From: an uncultured Verrucomicrobiae bacterium
GTDB taxonomy: Bacteria; Verrucomicrobiota; Verrucomicrobiia; Chthoniobacterales; UBA10450
Length of the DNA: 64,000 nt
Direction: 5' to 3'
NCBI GenBank assembly: GCA_963709435.1
Contig: CAVPWK010000010.1
Coordinates: forward strand, 111,399 to 175,398
How positions within the stretch are numbered: the stretch's first letter is position 1; each line of letters opens with the position of its first letter. The notes under the pieces are model-generated. The model worked only from the letters and a program-made list of their open reading frames with translations. It did no database searches and was not told where the DNA came from. The position numbers and the translations under genes were made by a program. This document shows, piece after piece, positions 39,736 through 48,806 of the stretch.

Positions 39736-39921
39736 TCATAGGTTATCGATGCGCATCAAGGCATCGGCGAGCGCTTCGGGACTGCTGACGTGCGGGCAAT
39801 GTCCGCCGGGTAGCTCAATCGGTTCTACTCCGAGTAACTCTAGAGCGGCTTTGTGTTGCCACTCTGTCGGCATCGGACCAACGTCCCATATACGGCTCCT
39901 GCCGAGGGACGAAACTGTCAA
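39736..39921 (-). pseudogene. Alpha/beta hydrolase, C-terminal fragment
   Basis: Only ~60 aa remain, with the catalytic-His region LPGGHCPHVSSPEALADAL. No N-terminal domain is present. Confidence 0.5.
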
Positions 39922-39923
39922 GC

Positions 39924-40313
39924 ATGAAGAGAATGATTTATCTCAGCAGTAGCCTGATTGTTATGGCACTCAGTGTCGCCATCTTTTCAGGATGTGGGAC
40001 GACTGGTAGCAGCTCGACCACCACCACCGCTACGACTGTGAATGCTAATTCCGGTAGTTTGGTCGTCAATCGAGCCGCAAATATGGGAAGCGCACTGTTC
40101 CTCCATGTATCGATTGATGGTAAAAGAGTTTCGACGCTTAGCCCCGGTCAACATTACAGCGGATCCTTGTCAGCGGGTCCGCACGTCGTGTCCGTGATTC
40201 TGGAACCGAACGGGCTGAATCTCCCCCCCACTAAAAAGAAGATCACGGTTCAGTCGGGCCAGACCTACACATTCACCGCGTCGTGGCAGGGAGAGACCCT
40301 GCTTTTGCTCTGA
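39924..40313 (+). CDS. Hypothetical lipoprotein (DUF2846-like?)
   Basis: Lipobox AIFSGCG, a Thr/Ser-rich linker and a single beta-rich domain (GPHVVSVILEP). Confidence 0.6.
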   Translation: MKRMIYLSSSLIVMALSVAIFSGCGTTGSSSTTTTATTVNANSGSLVVNRAANMGSALFLHVSIDGKRVSTLSPGQHYSGSLSAGPHVVSVILEPNGLNLPPTKKKITVQSGQTYTFTASWQGETLLLL

Positions 40314-40328
40314 TCGAGCGTCGCCTTC

Positions 40329-40637
40329 ATGGCGAATTTTATTGGGCGATTCGCGTTTGGAAAATTTCAGCCCTACGCCGGCGTCGGCATTTACTTTGCC
40401 GAATCCGCGGGGCTCGACTTCACCGGCGCAAATGGACGCTTCAGCACCAGCGGAAGCGCAAGTCATTCGGACCTCGCCCGGCAGGTCATCGCAGGCGCGG
40501 ACTACTATTGGATGCCTAAGTTCAGTACATTTATCGAATACCATTACCTTAATTATACCAGCACCCAGATCGATACGCGTCAAAGCCGCGATTTGGGCCA
40601 GCATTTAGTTGGCGCTGGTGTGAGGTTCCATTTTTAG
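40329..40637 (+). pseudogene. Outer-membrane beta-barrel protein, C-terminal fragment
   Basis: Alternating beta-strand pattern ending in GAGVRFHF. No signal peptide. It is in the same frame as the preceding lipoprotein ORF, separated by one TGA. Confidence 0.45.
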
Positions 40638-40912
40638 GCGACAGAAACCTTTCGCGTGCGAGGCAGGCGCGCGCAGACTGGAGCGGTCGCGAAAATAGCA
40701 GCGGAAGCACTGGCGATGCTTGTCTTCCAAACTGTCGTCAAAGCGGGTTTCGTTGTGTCTTTCTCCAAGGACAATGGCTTAGCCGTTTCAAACTGTCGCA
40801 GGCGTGCAGACGAATCGGGCAAAAGAATACAAAAAAAGGGCTGTTCTAGCTGGCGGCGACGTGATATTTGCTGGTGGCCTGTGCCGAGCAAGCTATAAAA
40901 CCGTTCACCGTT

Positions 40913-41851
40913 ATGAATCAATCCACTTTGATCAAATGGATCGTTAGTCGATTCTTAATCGCGACGACGTTTCTCTCCGCACCAGCGCTCCTCGCTGCAC
41001 CCGAGACACTCGATGACCCGAAAGACTCGAAATCGATCCCTCCGGCAGAAATAAAACCGTGGTGCGAACCCCCTCCGCCGATCGAAATTCGGATTGGTAT
41101 TCCCGGGTGGATTTCGGGTGTGTCCGGCGATAGTGGAGTGAAGGGAGTCGTCAGCAACATAGACGTCGGCTTCGAAGAGTTGTTCGATCATCTGACTCAC
41201 GTCCCCCTTGCGCTGTCGCTGGACATTCGCTATCGGCGGTGGGAATTCTTCGGAGATGGTGAGTACATAGAGTTAGGTTCTTCTGCTGCGCTGCCTGGTT
41301 TGCTCTTTACCAACGCCAATATCCACCTCAAATTTGGGTGGGCAGAAGGATTTGTTGGTTATCGATTGATCAATTGCGATAAGGCCACTCTCTCAATTTT
41401 TGCCGGCGCGCGCTACACCTATATGGGAGGCGACCTAAGCATTTTCGATAACGGCGATGCGCGTCTGGTCATCCTGCGACAACTACTGGGAATCCGCAAG
41501 AAATTGGACTTCTCGAATTCGACCGGTTGGGTCGATCCCGTGCTCGGCGCGCGCGGGAAAGTGAAGATCTGGAAGGCGACATCGCTTTACGCGCAAGGTG
41601 ATGTCGGTGGATTTGAGGCCAACTCCGGCTCGGCGTTTGAGGTGGAGCGCCAGGGACGGACGCTCGTGAAAAAGCCGATAGATAGTTCTGATTGGAGCTA
41701 CCAGATACAGGGCGGCCTCGAGTTTCAAGTGAGCCGGTGGTTCTGGGCGCAGGTCGGGTGGCGCTACCTGAAGTACGATTACGTCTCCGGAGGCTTCACT
41801 GATAAGACCGCGTTGAACGGCCCCTTCGTCCAGGGCGGAGTGAATTTTTAA
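40913..41851 (+). CDS. Outer-membrane beta-barrel protein (family not recognised)
   Basis: Signal peptide from the internal Met MNQSTLIKWIVSRFLIATTFLSAPALLAAP, alternating strands, and a C-terminal GGVNF. Confidence 0.6.
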   Translation: MNQSTLIKWIVSRFLIATTFLSAPALLAAPETLDDPKDSKSIPPAEIKPWCEPPPPIEIRIGIPGWISGVSGDSGVKGVVSNIDVGFEELFDHLTHVPLALSLDIRYRRWEFFGDGEYIELGSSAALPGLLFTNANIHLKFGWAEGFVGYRLINCDKATLSIFAGARYTYMGGDLSIFDNGDARLVILRQLLGIRKKLDFSNSTGWVDPVLGARGKVKIWKATSLYAQGDVGGFEANSGSAFEVERQGRTLVKKPIDSSDWSYQIQGGLEFQVSRWFWAQVGWRYLKYDYVSGGFTDKTALNGPFVQGGVNF

Positions 41852-42013
41852 CTAACGAGAACTCTCCTGTCCCGCCGGGAATACCGTGCCGTAACCAGGT
41901 CCAGCAATTTCTTCACGGTCATCGGACAGTCCATTCAACGGGGTCATCCAGATTTCCCCTGGGCCGATGCGCAACGCGTTAGCTCATCTCGGGCGCTGAC
42001 TGCCGCCGGCAAC

Positions 42014-42033
42014 ATTGGACCAAGGTCCAATAT
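42014..42033 (+). promoter_or_regulatory. GGACC-N2-GGTCC quasi-palindrome, copy 4 (best copy)
   Basis: attggaccaaggtccaatat has 8-nt arms that are perfectly complementary. It lies 38 nt upstream of ATG 42071. Confidence 0.55.
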
Positions 42034-42070
42034 GCTAAAGCGGTCAGCCATCCCATTTGTCGGTGTGAAA

Positions 42071-42580
42071 ATGATGGACTGTCCGGGGTTGGAGAAGTCG
42101 GTCATTAATCGTGAGCCGATTCAGCTGATCGACGTTCGGTCAAAGAATGAATTTGCTGCGATACACATCCGGGGGGCACGATCGCTTCCTTTTGCCGAGC
42201 TGGCAGCGCCCCATATCTTTCGAAGACTGCGTCCAACAAAGCTACCGATTTGTGTCGTTTCTGCGGAAGGGGATGCCCAGGCTAGCCTTGCCGCCGGGAT
42301 GTTGAGATCGGCCGGATGTGTCAATGCCGTTCCCTTAGCCGGCGGAATGAAGGATTGGGTTGCCCGCGGTTTTCCCGTGCACCGCCAGAGAGTCTCGCCA
42401 AAGGTCCGGGCTTATTCCGCACGTGCGGCGTTGTCTGTGCTGGCAGCGGGCGCAGCCGCTGCGTTCCATGAGGTCATGGTTGCCGCTCTCTTGCTCGCCA
42501 TCGCCGGGATCCTGCTCCTGAAAGTGAAGTCTTCCCGGCAAAAACGAAAGCGGGAAAGCGCTGCGTTAGGACGTAAATAA
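42071..42580 (+). CDS. Rhodanese-like domain protein with C-terminal membrane anchor
   Basis: IQLIDVRSKNEFAAIHIRGARSLP plus a CVVSAEG active-site-loop position and a C-terminal TM helix. The track ATG at 42032 lies inside the upstream motif, so Met 42071 is preferred. Confidence 0.7.
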   Translation: MMDCPGLEKSVINREPIQLIDVRSKNEFAAIHIRGARSLPFAELAAPHIFRRLRPTKLPICVVSAEGDAQASLAAGMLRSAGCVNAVPLAGGMKDWVARGFPVHRQRVSPKVRAYSARAALSVLAAGAAAAFHEVMVAALLLAIAGILLLKVKSSRQKRKRESAALGRK

Positions 42581-42618
42581 CGCAGAGGTTCGTTAGCCGC
42601 ATCGACCTCAGCCACCTG

Positions 42619-42646
42619 CATCGGACCAAAGTCTTACGTCCAATAT
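42619..42646 (+). promoter_or_regulatory. GGACC-N2-GGTCC quasi-palindrome, copy 5 (internal insertion)
   Basis: catcggaccaaagtcttacgtccaatat, 62 nt upstream of ATG 42708. Confidence 0.45.
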
Positions 42647-42707
42647 CGCGAGTGGGCGATAGCGTTGAGGAGTTGGATTGCGATTAATCCAAAACCTCTT
42701 TTACACC

Positions 42708-44920
42708 ATGAACCCAAAATTCCTCTTTCGATCGGCCGTGATTTTGTGCGCGGCCTTCTCCCTAACGACCGTCTCGTCATCGGCCGCACCGAACCCCGAT
42801 CGCGACGTTTTTTCGGCCAGACGCACGTGCATACGAGCTGGTCGCTGGACGCCTACGTCATCGGCAACACGGTGACCGGGCCGGAAGAGTGCTATCAATA
42901 TGCGCTCGGTAAACCGATCAAACATCCCGCCGGCTATGAGGTGAAGATCACGCGGCCGCTCGACTTTCAGGGCGTGACCGATCACTCCGAGTACGCGGGC
43001 ATGATGAGATTGGCGAACGACCCCAGTTCCCCCATTAGCAAGCTGCCGATCGCAGAGAAACTCAAGGTTCGCAGCCAGGCTGACTCGATGAAAGTCTTCC
43101 AATTCTTGATCGGGAGCCTTGCCCGGAACGAGCCGATCAAGGAATTGGATGATCCGGAAGTGGCCGGCACGGTTTGGAAAAATAATGTCGCCATTGCGGA
43201 TAAGTATTACCAGCCGGGCAAGTTTACGACGTTCGCGGCCTACGAATGGACCTCGGCGCCGCAGAGCCGGAACATGCACCGCAACGTCTTCTTCCGGGAT
43301 ACAAAGCATGTGCCCGCAGCGCCGTTTACGGCGATTGATTCGTATCATCCCGAGGATCTCTGGGCCTGGATGGATGGGCAGCGCAAAGCAGGTAATGAGG
43401 TGCTGTGCATTTCGCACAATGCGAACCTGAGCGACGGCATCATGTTCCCGACCGAGGTGGATAACAAGGGCCGTCCGATTGACGCCGCCTGGGCGCAAGA
43501 GCGGTTGGATAATGAACCGCTTACCGAAATCCATCAACTCAAGGGCACGTCGGAGACCCACCCGTTACTTTCGCCTAACGACGAGTTTGCGAATTACGAG
43601 ATCATGAGCTTTCTCATCGGCGTTGCCAACAGCACCTCCAAACTCAATGGCAGCTATGCCCGTGAGGCTTACCAGAATGGGCTGGCGATGCAGGACACGC
43701 GCGGCTACAACCCATATAAGTTCGGCATTGTCGCCGCGAGCGATTCGCATAACACGGCCGCCGCTTATTCCCAATCCAATTACTTTGGCGGCCACTCCTT
43801 TTTGGACGCCACGCCCAAAGCCCGACTCTCGGGCACGGTGGAGGCGGGCATGGATATCTTGAAGCTGAGCACCTCCGGTCTGGCTGGTGTCTGGGCGGAA
43901 GAAAATACGCGCGAGTCGATTTTCGACGCGATGAAGCGGAAGGAAACGTTCGGCACCAGCGGCGTTCACATCAAAGTGCGCATGTTCGGGGGATGGAACA
44001 TGGATTCTGCCATGATGAAGGACAAGGATTGGGTGAAGAAAGCCTACGCCTCAGGCGTTCCGATGGGCGGAGATCTGCCGGCTAACGAAGGTGGCAAGGC
44101 TCCGTCGTTCGCGGTATGGGCGGTGAAAGACCCAGATGATGGTAACCTTGACCGCATTCAGATTATCAAAGGTTGGACACAAAGCGGACAGAATTTCGAG
44201 AAGGTTTACGACGTGGCTTGGTCCGGTCAGCGCAAGCCTGATCCGGCCACCGGCAAAGTGCCCGCGGTCGGCAGCACAGTGGATGTTACGAAAGCTACTT
44301 ACACAAACTCCATCGGGGCCGCGGAATTAAAGGCGGTTTGGACGGATCCGGAGTTCGATCCGAGCCAGCACGCCTTCTACTACACTCGTGTTTTGCAGAT
44401 TCCGACTCCGCGTTGGAGCACCTACGACGCAGTTAAGCTTCACGTCCCGCCACCGGCGGGAGTCGATGCTAGCGTGCAGGAACGCGCGTGGACTTCGCCG
44501 ATTTGGTTCACACCCACGGCCGAGGCGGCGAAGGGAGCAAAACACGGTACGACTGTGGCAGACCTCAAAGATAAAGGTGCCACTGCTCTTGGTGATACGG
44601 AGTTGAAAGCACTCGTGGTAGGCAAGACACTCAAAGTACGCAACGCCGTTACCGGTCAGCAATTTGAGATCACCTATGGGACCGACGGCCAGCGCATAAT
44701 AAACAGCGTGGACGGAAAGCCGCCGTCCGGGGGAGAGATGTTCAGCGTGATGCACGGTGGCCAAGCCCAGCAATACCAAATCAAGGACGGCCACATTGTT
44801 ACTACCATAGGAGGCACGCCGTTTGAAGTTGCTGTTTATAAAGTCGGCGACAAGTACCTGGCGGCGCGCAGCAATGAATTCGGCTTCGCCAATTACGAGA
44901 TCGAAGCAGGCACCGAGTAG
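42708..44920 (+). CDS. DUF3604 domain protein (PHP-like metallo-hydrolase fold), signal peptide out of frame with the body
   Basis: FGQTHVHTSWSLDAY...SDSHN is DUF3604-like (track ORF 42665..44920). The signal peptide MNPKFLFRSAVILCAAFSLTTVSS is in track ORF 42678..42875. The two frames meet in a T6 run at 42808-42813. Confidence 0.75.
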
Positions 44921-44929
44921 GCGCACTGA

Positions 44930-45877
44930 ATGAACGAGCCCGACGCTAGCTTCGCTTCGCAGCAGCCTTCGCGACTCAAGCGGTGGATGCGCGAACCGTT
45001 GCTCCATTTTCTCCTCATCGGTGTCACGCTCTTTGGCATCTACCATTGGCTTAATCCCACTTCGCTCAATACGGATACTTCGCGCCGGATCGAACTCACC
45101 AATGACGACATTCGGCAGCTTGAGATAAGCTGGGCGGCGCAGTGGCAGCGCCCTCCCACTCCGGACGAAATGCGCAATCTGGTCGAGGACAAGGTGCGCG
45201 AAGAAATTCTTTATCGCGAAGGCCTGGCGCTCGGTCTTGATCGAGGCGACACGATCGTGAAGCGCCGTTTAGCCCAGAAGATGGATTTTCTAGCCGACGA
45301 TGTGTCGGCTTTGCGCGATCCGTCGCTCGAGGAACTGAAGGCATGGTACGCGAAAAACGAATCTCAGTTCGCGCTGCCTGCGCGAGTTACTTTCCGCCAT
45401 CTTTACTTCTCGCCGGACAAGCGTGGTGCGGCGGCGCGTGATGCCGCAGTGAAGGCACTGGAACAGGTTGGCCAGAGTGGCGATACGACGCAGACGGCGC
45501 GCTTGGGCGATCAATTCATGTTTCAAGATTACTACGCCGATCGGACCACCGAGCAGGTGGCAAACGTGATGGGCAGCAAGTTTGCCCAGGCGCTGCTTCA
45601 ATTAAAGCCCGGTGTATGGAGCGGGCCGGTGGAGTCCGGCTTCGGCTGGCACCTGGTCTGGGTGGACTCGATTACGCCAAGCCGCGTTCCTGAATTTGAC
45701 GAAGTCGACCTGGCTGACATCAAAACGCAATGGCTTTCTGCGCAACGCGCCGAAACAAAGCGCGAACTCTTCACCGCGATGAGAGCGCACTACGAAATTG
45801 TTTTGCCCAAGCCTTTTTCGACACCATCGGGTCCAGGCGTCGCCGCGGCGGCGCCAGCTCCGGACGACTCCAGGTAA
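44930..45877 (+). CDS. PpiC/parvulin-type peptidyl-prolyl isomerase domain protein, membrane anchored
   Basis: N-terminal TM helix (LLHFLLIGVTLFGIY) and a C-terminal rotamase-like region (GVWSGPVESGFGWHLVWV). Confidence 0.7.
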   Translation: MNEPDASFASQQPSRLKRWMREPLLHFLLIGVTLFGIYHWLNPTSLNTDTSRRIELTNDDIRQLEISWAAQWQRPPTPDEMRNLVEDKVREEILYREGLALGLDRGDTIVKRRLAQKMDFLADDVSALRDPSLEELKAWYAKNESQFALPARVTFRHLYFSPDKRGAAARDAAVKALEQVGQSGDTTQTARLGDQFMFQDYYADRTTEQVANVMGSKFAQALLQLKPGVWSGPVESGFGWHLVWVDSITPSRVPEFDEVDLADIKTQWLSAQRAETKRELFTAMRAHYEIVLPKPFSTPSGPGVAAAAPAPDDSR

Positions 45878-46872
45878 TTGATGAGTCGCCTTGGGCAGCT
45901 TTTCATTCTGTCGTCGTCGTCGGCTTTCGTTCAGGTGGCGCAGGCACACGAATCTCGCCCGGCTTATCTTGAAATTAACGAGACAATGCCCGGACGCTAC
46001 GATGTCCTCTGGCGCACGCCGCTCAACGCCGGCATGCCTCTCCCAATTGTTCTGAAATTCCCGGATGGCGTCGACAATGTGAGGGAACCGGCTACGCGCG
46101 AATTACCCGACTCACTCGTCGAGCGCCGCATCGATTAAAGTAACCGACAGCCTGGCGGGAAAGCGGATCGATTTTGTCGGCCTTCAAGCAACGATCACCG
46201 ATGTTCTCGTCCGCGTGAAGACGCTGGATGGTCAGGAATCGACCACGCTGGTTCACCCGTCGCAGCCATGGTTTGAGTTGAGCACCGCGCTCACGAAGAT
46301 CCTCGTTGCGGGCGCGTACCGCGCCTTGGCATCGAACACATTTGGAGCGGAGTTGACCATCTGCTGTTTATCCTGGCCTGATGATTCTGGTAAAAGGCAC
46401 GCGCCGTCTTGTAGCTACCGTGACTGCCTTTACCGTCGCACACAGCATCACGCTCGCGGGCGCGACGCTGGGTTTCGTGCACGTGCCACAACAGCCGGTC
46501 GAGGCCTGTATCGCTCTGAGCATCGTTTTTGTCGCCAGCGAGATCTTCGCACGCGCGAGAAGGGCAGGGTTGGACATGACCGCGCACGCGCCGTGGATTG
46601 TCGCGTTCACCTTTGGCCTGCTACACGGATTCGGTTTCGCCGGCGCGTTTAATGCAGTCGGCCTGCCTCAGAACGCAATTCCAGTGGCCTTGTTGTTTTT
46701 CAATGTTGGCGTCGAGATCGGACAGATTGCTTTCATTACCGTTGTTCTAGGTGTCATAGCACTCGTTAGGCGAATCCCGCTGCGTCCGCCGCGATGGACC
46801 GAGCTGATTCCGCCGTACGCGATTGGCTCTGTCGCGATGTTCTGGGTAGTCCAGCGGGTGGCGGCGTTCTAA
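45878..46872 (+). pseudogene. HupE/UreJ family membrane protein, at least 3 frame disruptions
   Basis: Signal peptide and AHESRPAYLEI in ORF 45878..46138. GIEHIWSGVDHLLFILA is in a third frame. LMILVKG...FGLLHGFGFAG is in ORF 46381..46872. Breaks lie near 46135, 46300-46340 and 46377. Confidence 0.75.
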
Positions 46873-46874
46873 GG

Positions 46875-47048
46875 ATAGACGACAAAGAAGACCAACCGCC
46901 GTTCCGTTTCACCGGCAAGCTCGACAAGCTGACTATCAAGCTGAAACCGCAAAAGATGAGTGCCGAGGGTCAAAAGGCGAAGGGCGACGCGGCCGGTCCG
47001 TCCCAACGAGCCGACTCGCGGTGCTTCGTTAGCCCTGCTGCGGCTTAA
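46875..47048 (+). pseudogene. Arylsulfatase C-terminal fragment
   Basis: DDKEDQPPFRFTGKLDKLTIKLKPQKMSAEGQKA parallels DDRDYQVPFAFTGKIVKLNIKIDRPKLSAADIKL at the 3' end of the sulfatase at 63.8-64.0 kb. Confidence 0.55.
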
Positions 47049-47058
47049 AGCCGGCGGC

Positions 47059-47078
47059 ATTAGACCAAAGTCCTATAT
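47059..47078 (+). promoter_or_regulatory. GGACC-N2-GGTCC quasi-palindrome, copy 6
   Basis: attagaccaaagtcctatat, about 70 nt upstream of Met 47149. Confidence 0.5.
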
Positions 47079-47148
47079 CCACTAACGAGGGGTATTACGT
47101 ATCTTTGCATGTATTGCTATTAAAATGCGCATTGGCCAAGATCGCCCT

Positions 47149-47511
47149 ATGAAAACCACTTGCGGCCGACAGTGGCTGTTTGTCGCTACTGCCCTGGCAC
47201 TCAGCGGCGTGCGGGCAACGGCGGACGATGCTAATGTCAGCGAGCCGCTGATTCAGGCACGGTTTGATCAATTGATTCCCACATCGTATCCCACACTAAG
47301 ACCAAGCTTCGAGCGACTCATCCAAACTACTCTGCCGTTGACTGATCCAGGCATCGCACGAGTTCCGATCACAGAAAATTTGGTTCATCCGCTGGATCAA
47401 CAACTATTGATTGTAAATGAAGGATGGGGGCAGTTACCTGCAATCAGACCGAAGACCCAAACGCCAGCTAGTCGCCATGCCCCGGCGCGAAGTGGCGGCA
47501 AGGCGCGATGA
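47149..47511 (+). CDS. Secreted hypothetical protein
   Basis: The internal Met gives the signal peptide MKTTCGRQWLFVATALALSGVRA. No family recognised. Confidence 0.45.
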   Translation: MKTTCGRQWLFVATALALSGVRATADDANVSEPLIQARFDQLIPTSYPTLRPSFERLIQTTLPLTDPGIARVPITENLVHPLDQQLLIVNEGWGQLPAIRPKTQTPASRHAPARSGGKAR

Positions 47512-47577
47512 TTGTGATTTATCGATCGGGTTACTAATTTAGCCGTAAATGACTTTCACCAGACCATGGTTGCAGCA

Positions 47578-47597
47578 ATACGACTTAGGTCTCTAGC
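47578..47597 (+). promoter_or_regulatory. Quasi-palindrome, copy 7 (GAC-TTAG-GTC variant)
   Basis: atacgacttaggtctctagc, about 27 nt upstream of ATG 47624. Confidence 0.4.
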
Positions 47598-47623
47598 GTG
47601 AACAGGTGCAGCATTGTTCGGTC

Positions 47624-47995
47624 ATGAGAAAACTCTTCACACTCCTAACATCCACCGTCTGTCTCCTGGCATTTCTAATCCTCGTCCCCGCCGCACCGGC
47701 CCAGAATCCGGCTGCGGAAGAGAAAGTCATCGCTTTGGCGCAACAGCTAAAGCTCACGCCGCAGCAAGAAGTCGAGGTGCTTCCGATCCTCAAGGCAGAA
47801 GCTCCCAAATTCGAGGCGATCAAAAATGATCCCTCGCTTTCCGGCATGCAGAAAATGGAGGGACTCAGGGCCATCCATAGCGAAAACGCACCGCAGTTGC
47901 AGAAAATTCTAACCCCTGCGCAATACCAGGAGTTGCAGACCATCCGCCAGGACGCCATCAAGAAGGCAATTGAAGCAAAGCGCGCCGACGGTTAA
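47624..47995 (+). CDS. Periplasmic LTXXQ-motif protein (Spy/CpxP-like)
   Basis: Signal peptide MRKLFTLLTSTVCLLAFLILVPAAPA and two LTXXQ motifs (LKLTPQQ, ILTPAQYQ). Confidence 0.6.
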   Translation: MRKLFTLLTSTVCLLAFLILVPAAPAQNPAAEEKVIALAQQLKLTPQQEVEVLPILKAEAPKFEAIKNDPSLSGMQKMEGLRAIHSENAPQLQKILTPAQYQELQTIRQDAIKKAIEAKRADG

Positions 47996-48039
47996 TCCCC
48001 CGGCTCCGCCGCGAAGACCAGGCCGTTGCGGCGCAGACA

Positions 48040-48460
48040 CATCTCACCGGAGCAGGTGCAGTTGGACCCGAAGTTCGCTCTTGCCTGGGGCCTCCTGTCA
48101 TACGTAGATGCGCGCGGCTACCGCTCGACGAGTCTTCAATCAACAGTCGCTTTGCTAAACGAAGCGGAACAGGCTGCCGACACTGCCTCACTCTTCAACC
48201 CACCCTGGGCGAGGCGCTGCATGCCAAGGGCTATTACTACTACGCCTGCTTGAAAGATTACGACACCGTTGTCCGTGATTTTGAGCAGGCGCGTCCGTTC
48301 CTGCCTAACTGCAGCCTGAGTCCGGCCTCGCTCGCTTAGGTCGCACGCCAGCGAGCCCAGTTGGAGCAGAGCGAGATCTACTTTAAAGAAGCCGAGCGGC
48401 TCGATCCGCGCAGCACTGATTTACTCTTTCAACACGCCGTCTCCCTGTTCACTGACATCG
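48040..48460 (+). pseudogene. TPR-region gene fragment, multiple frames and stops
   Basis: LDPKFALAWGLLSYVDARGY, GEALHAKGYYYYACLKDYDT(A)VRDFEQARPFLPN and EQSEIYFKEAERLDPRSTDLLFQHAVS are found in different frames, with no N- or C-terminal domains. Boundaries are approximate. Confidence 0.4.
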
Positions 48461-48504
48461 TCGGCCATTCGAAGCGTTCGATCAGCGCCTTCTGTTCAAA
48501 ATCA

Positions 48505-48720
48505 TCAATCAGGAAGCGGCGACGACACGGTGTAAACTCCATTCGCGCCGTAGGCCGGGGCGAACCCGTTATTGCCACGCAAATAATAAGTCGTGCCCTG
48601 AACAGTGGGGGTGATGCAACCGGCTGGCAGATCTGTCACTATCTGTCCGATAGAATAATTAGCCGTTGTCACAACTGCCTTGGTGGTCGTGGCGGGTTGA
48701 TTTGTCGTGGCTGTCGCACC
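48505..48720 (-). pseudogene. Remnant of a minus-strand gene (C-terminal ~70 codons)
   Basis: The tail ...YSIGQIVTDLPAGCITPTVQGTTYYLRGNNGFAPAYGANGVYTVSSP looks coding. The 5' part of track ORF 48505..48816 is just the antisense of the promoter/signal-peptide module of the next gene. Confidence 0.3.
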
Positions 48721-48726
48721 GGCTGG

Positions 48727-48747
48727 ATTAGACCAAAGTCCTATACT
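48727..48747 (+). promoter_or_regulatory. GGACC-N2-GGTCC quasi-palindrome, copy 8
   Basis: attagaccaaagtcctatact, 60 nt upstream of ATG 48807. Confidence 0.5.
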
Positions 48748-48806
48748 CGTTGTCGGGATCAGTCCGTAGCGTTGGAGTTTAGATTCCCAATAAATCCCTC
48801 TACACG

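Noticed and set aside
40311-40313. TGA read-through or selenocysteine recoding joining the lipoprotein ORF (39924..40313) to the in-frame OMP fragment (40329..40637).
   Set aside because: No SECIS-like hairpin follows the TGA, the two parts belong to unrelated protein types, and the surrounding region is full of gene fragments. A rearrangement scar is more plausible.
42665-42707. Track start (TTG 42665) for the DUF3604 gene, giving an N-terminus MRSWIAINPKPLLHHEPKIPLSIGRDF... without a signal peptide.
   Set aside because: That stretch is the off-frame reading of a clear signal peptide (ATG 42708, other frame), which is homologous to the signal peptide of the L,D-transpeptidase. The frames meet in a T6 run, so a frameshift is the better explanation.
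42701-45046. Long minus-strand ORFs 42701..43561, 43565..43969 and 44327..45046.
   Set aside because: They are antisense to the DUF3604 gene, Arg/Gly-rich with no domain signatures, and are shadow ORFs.
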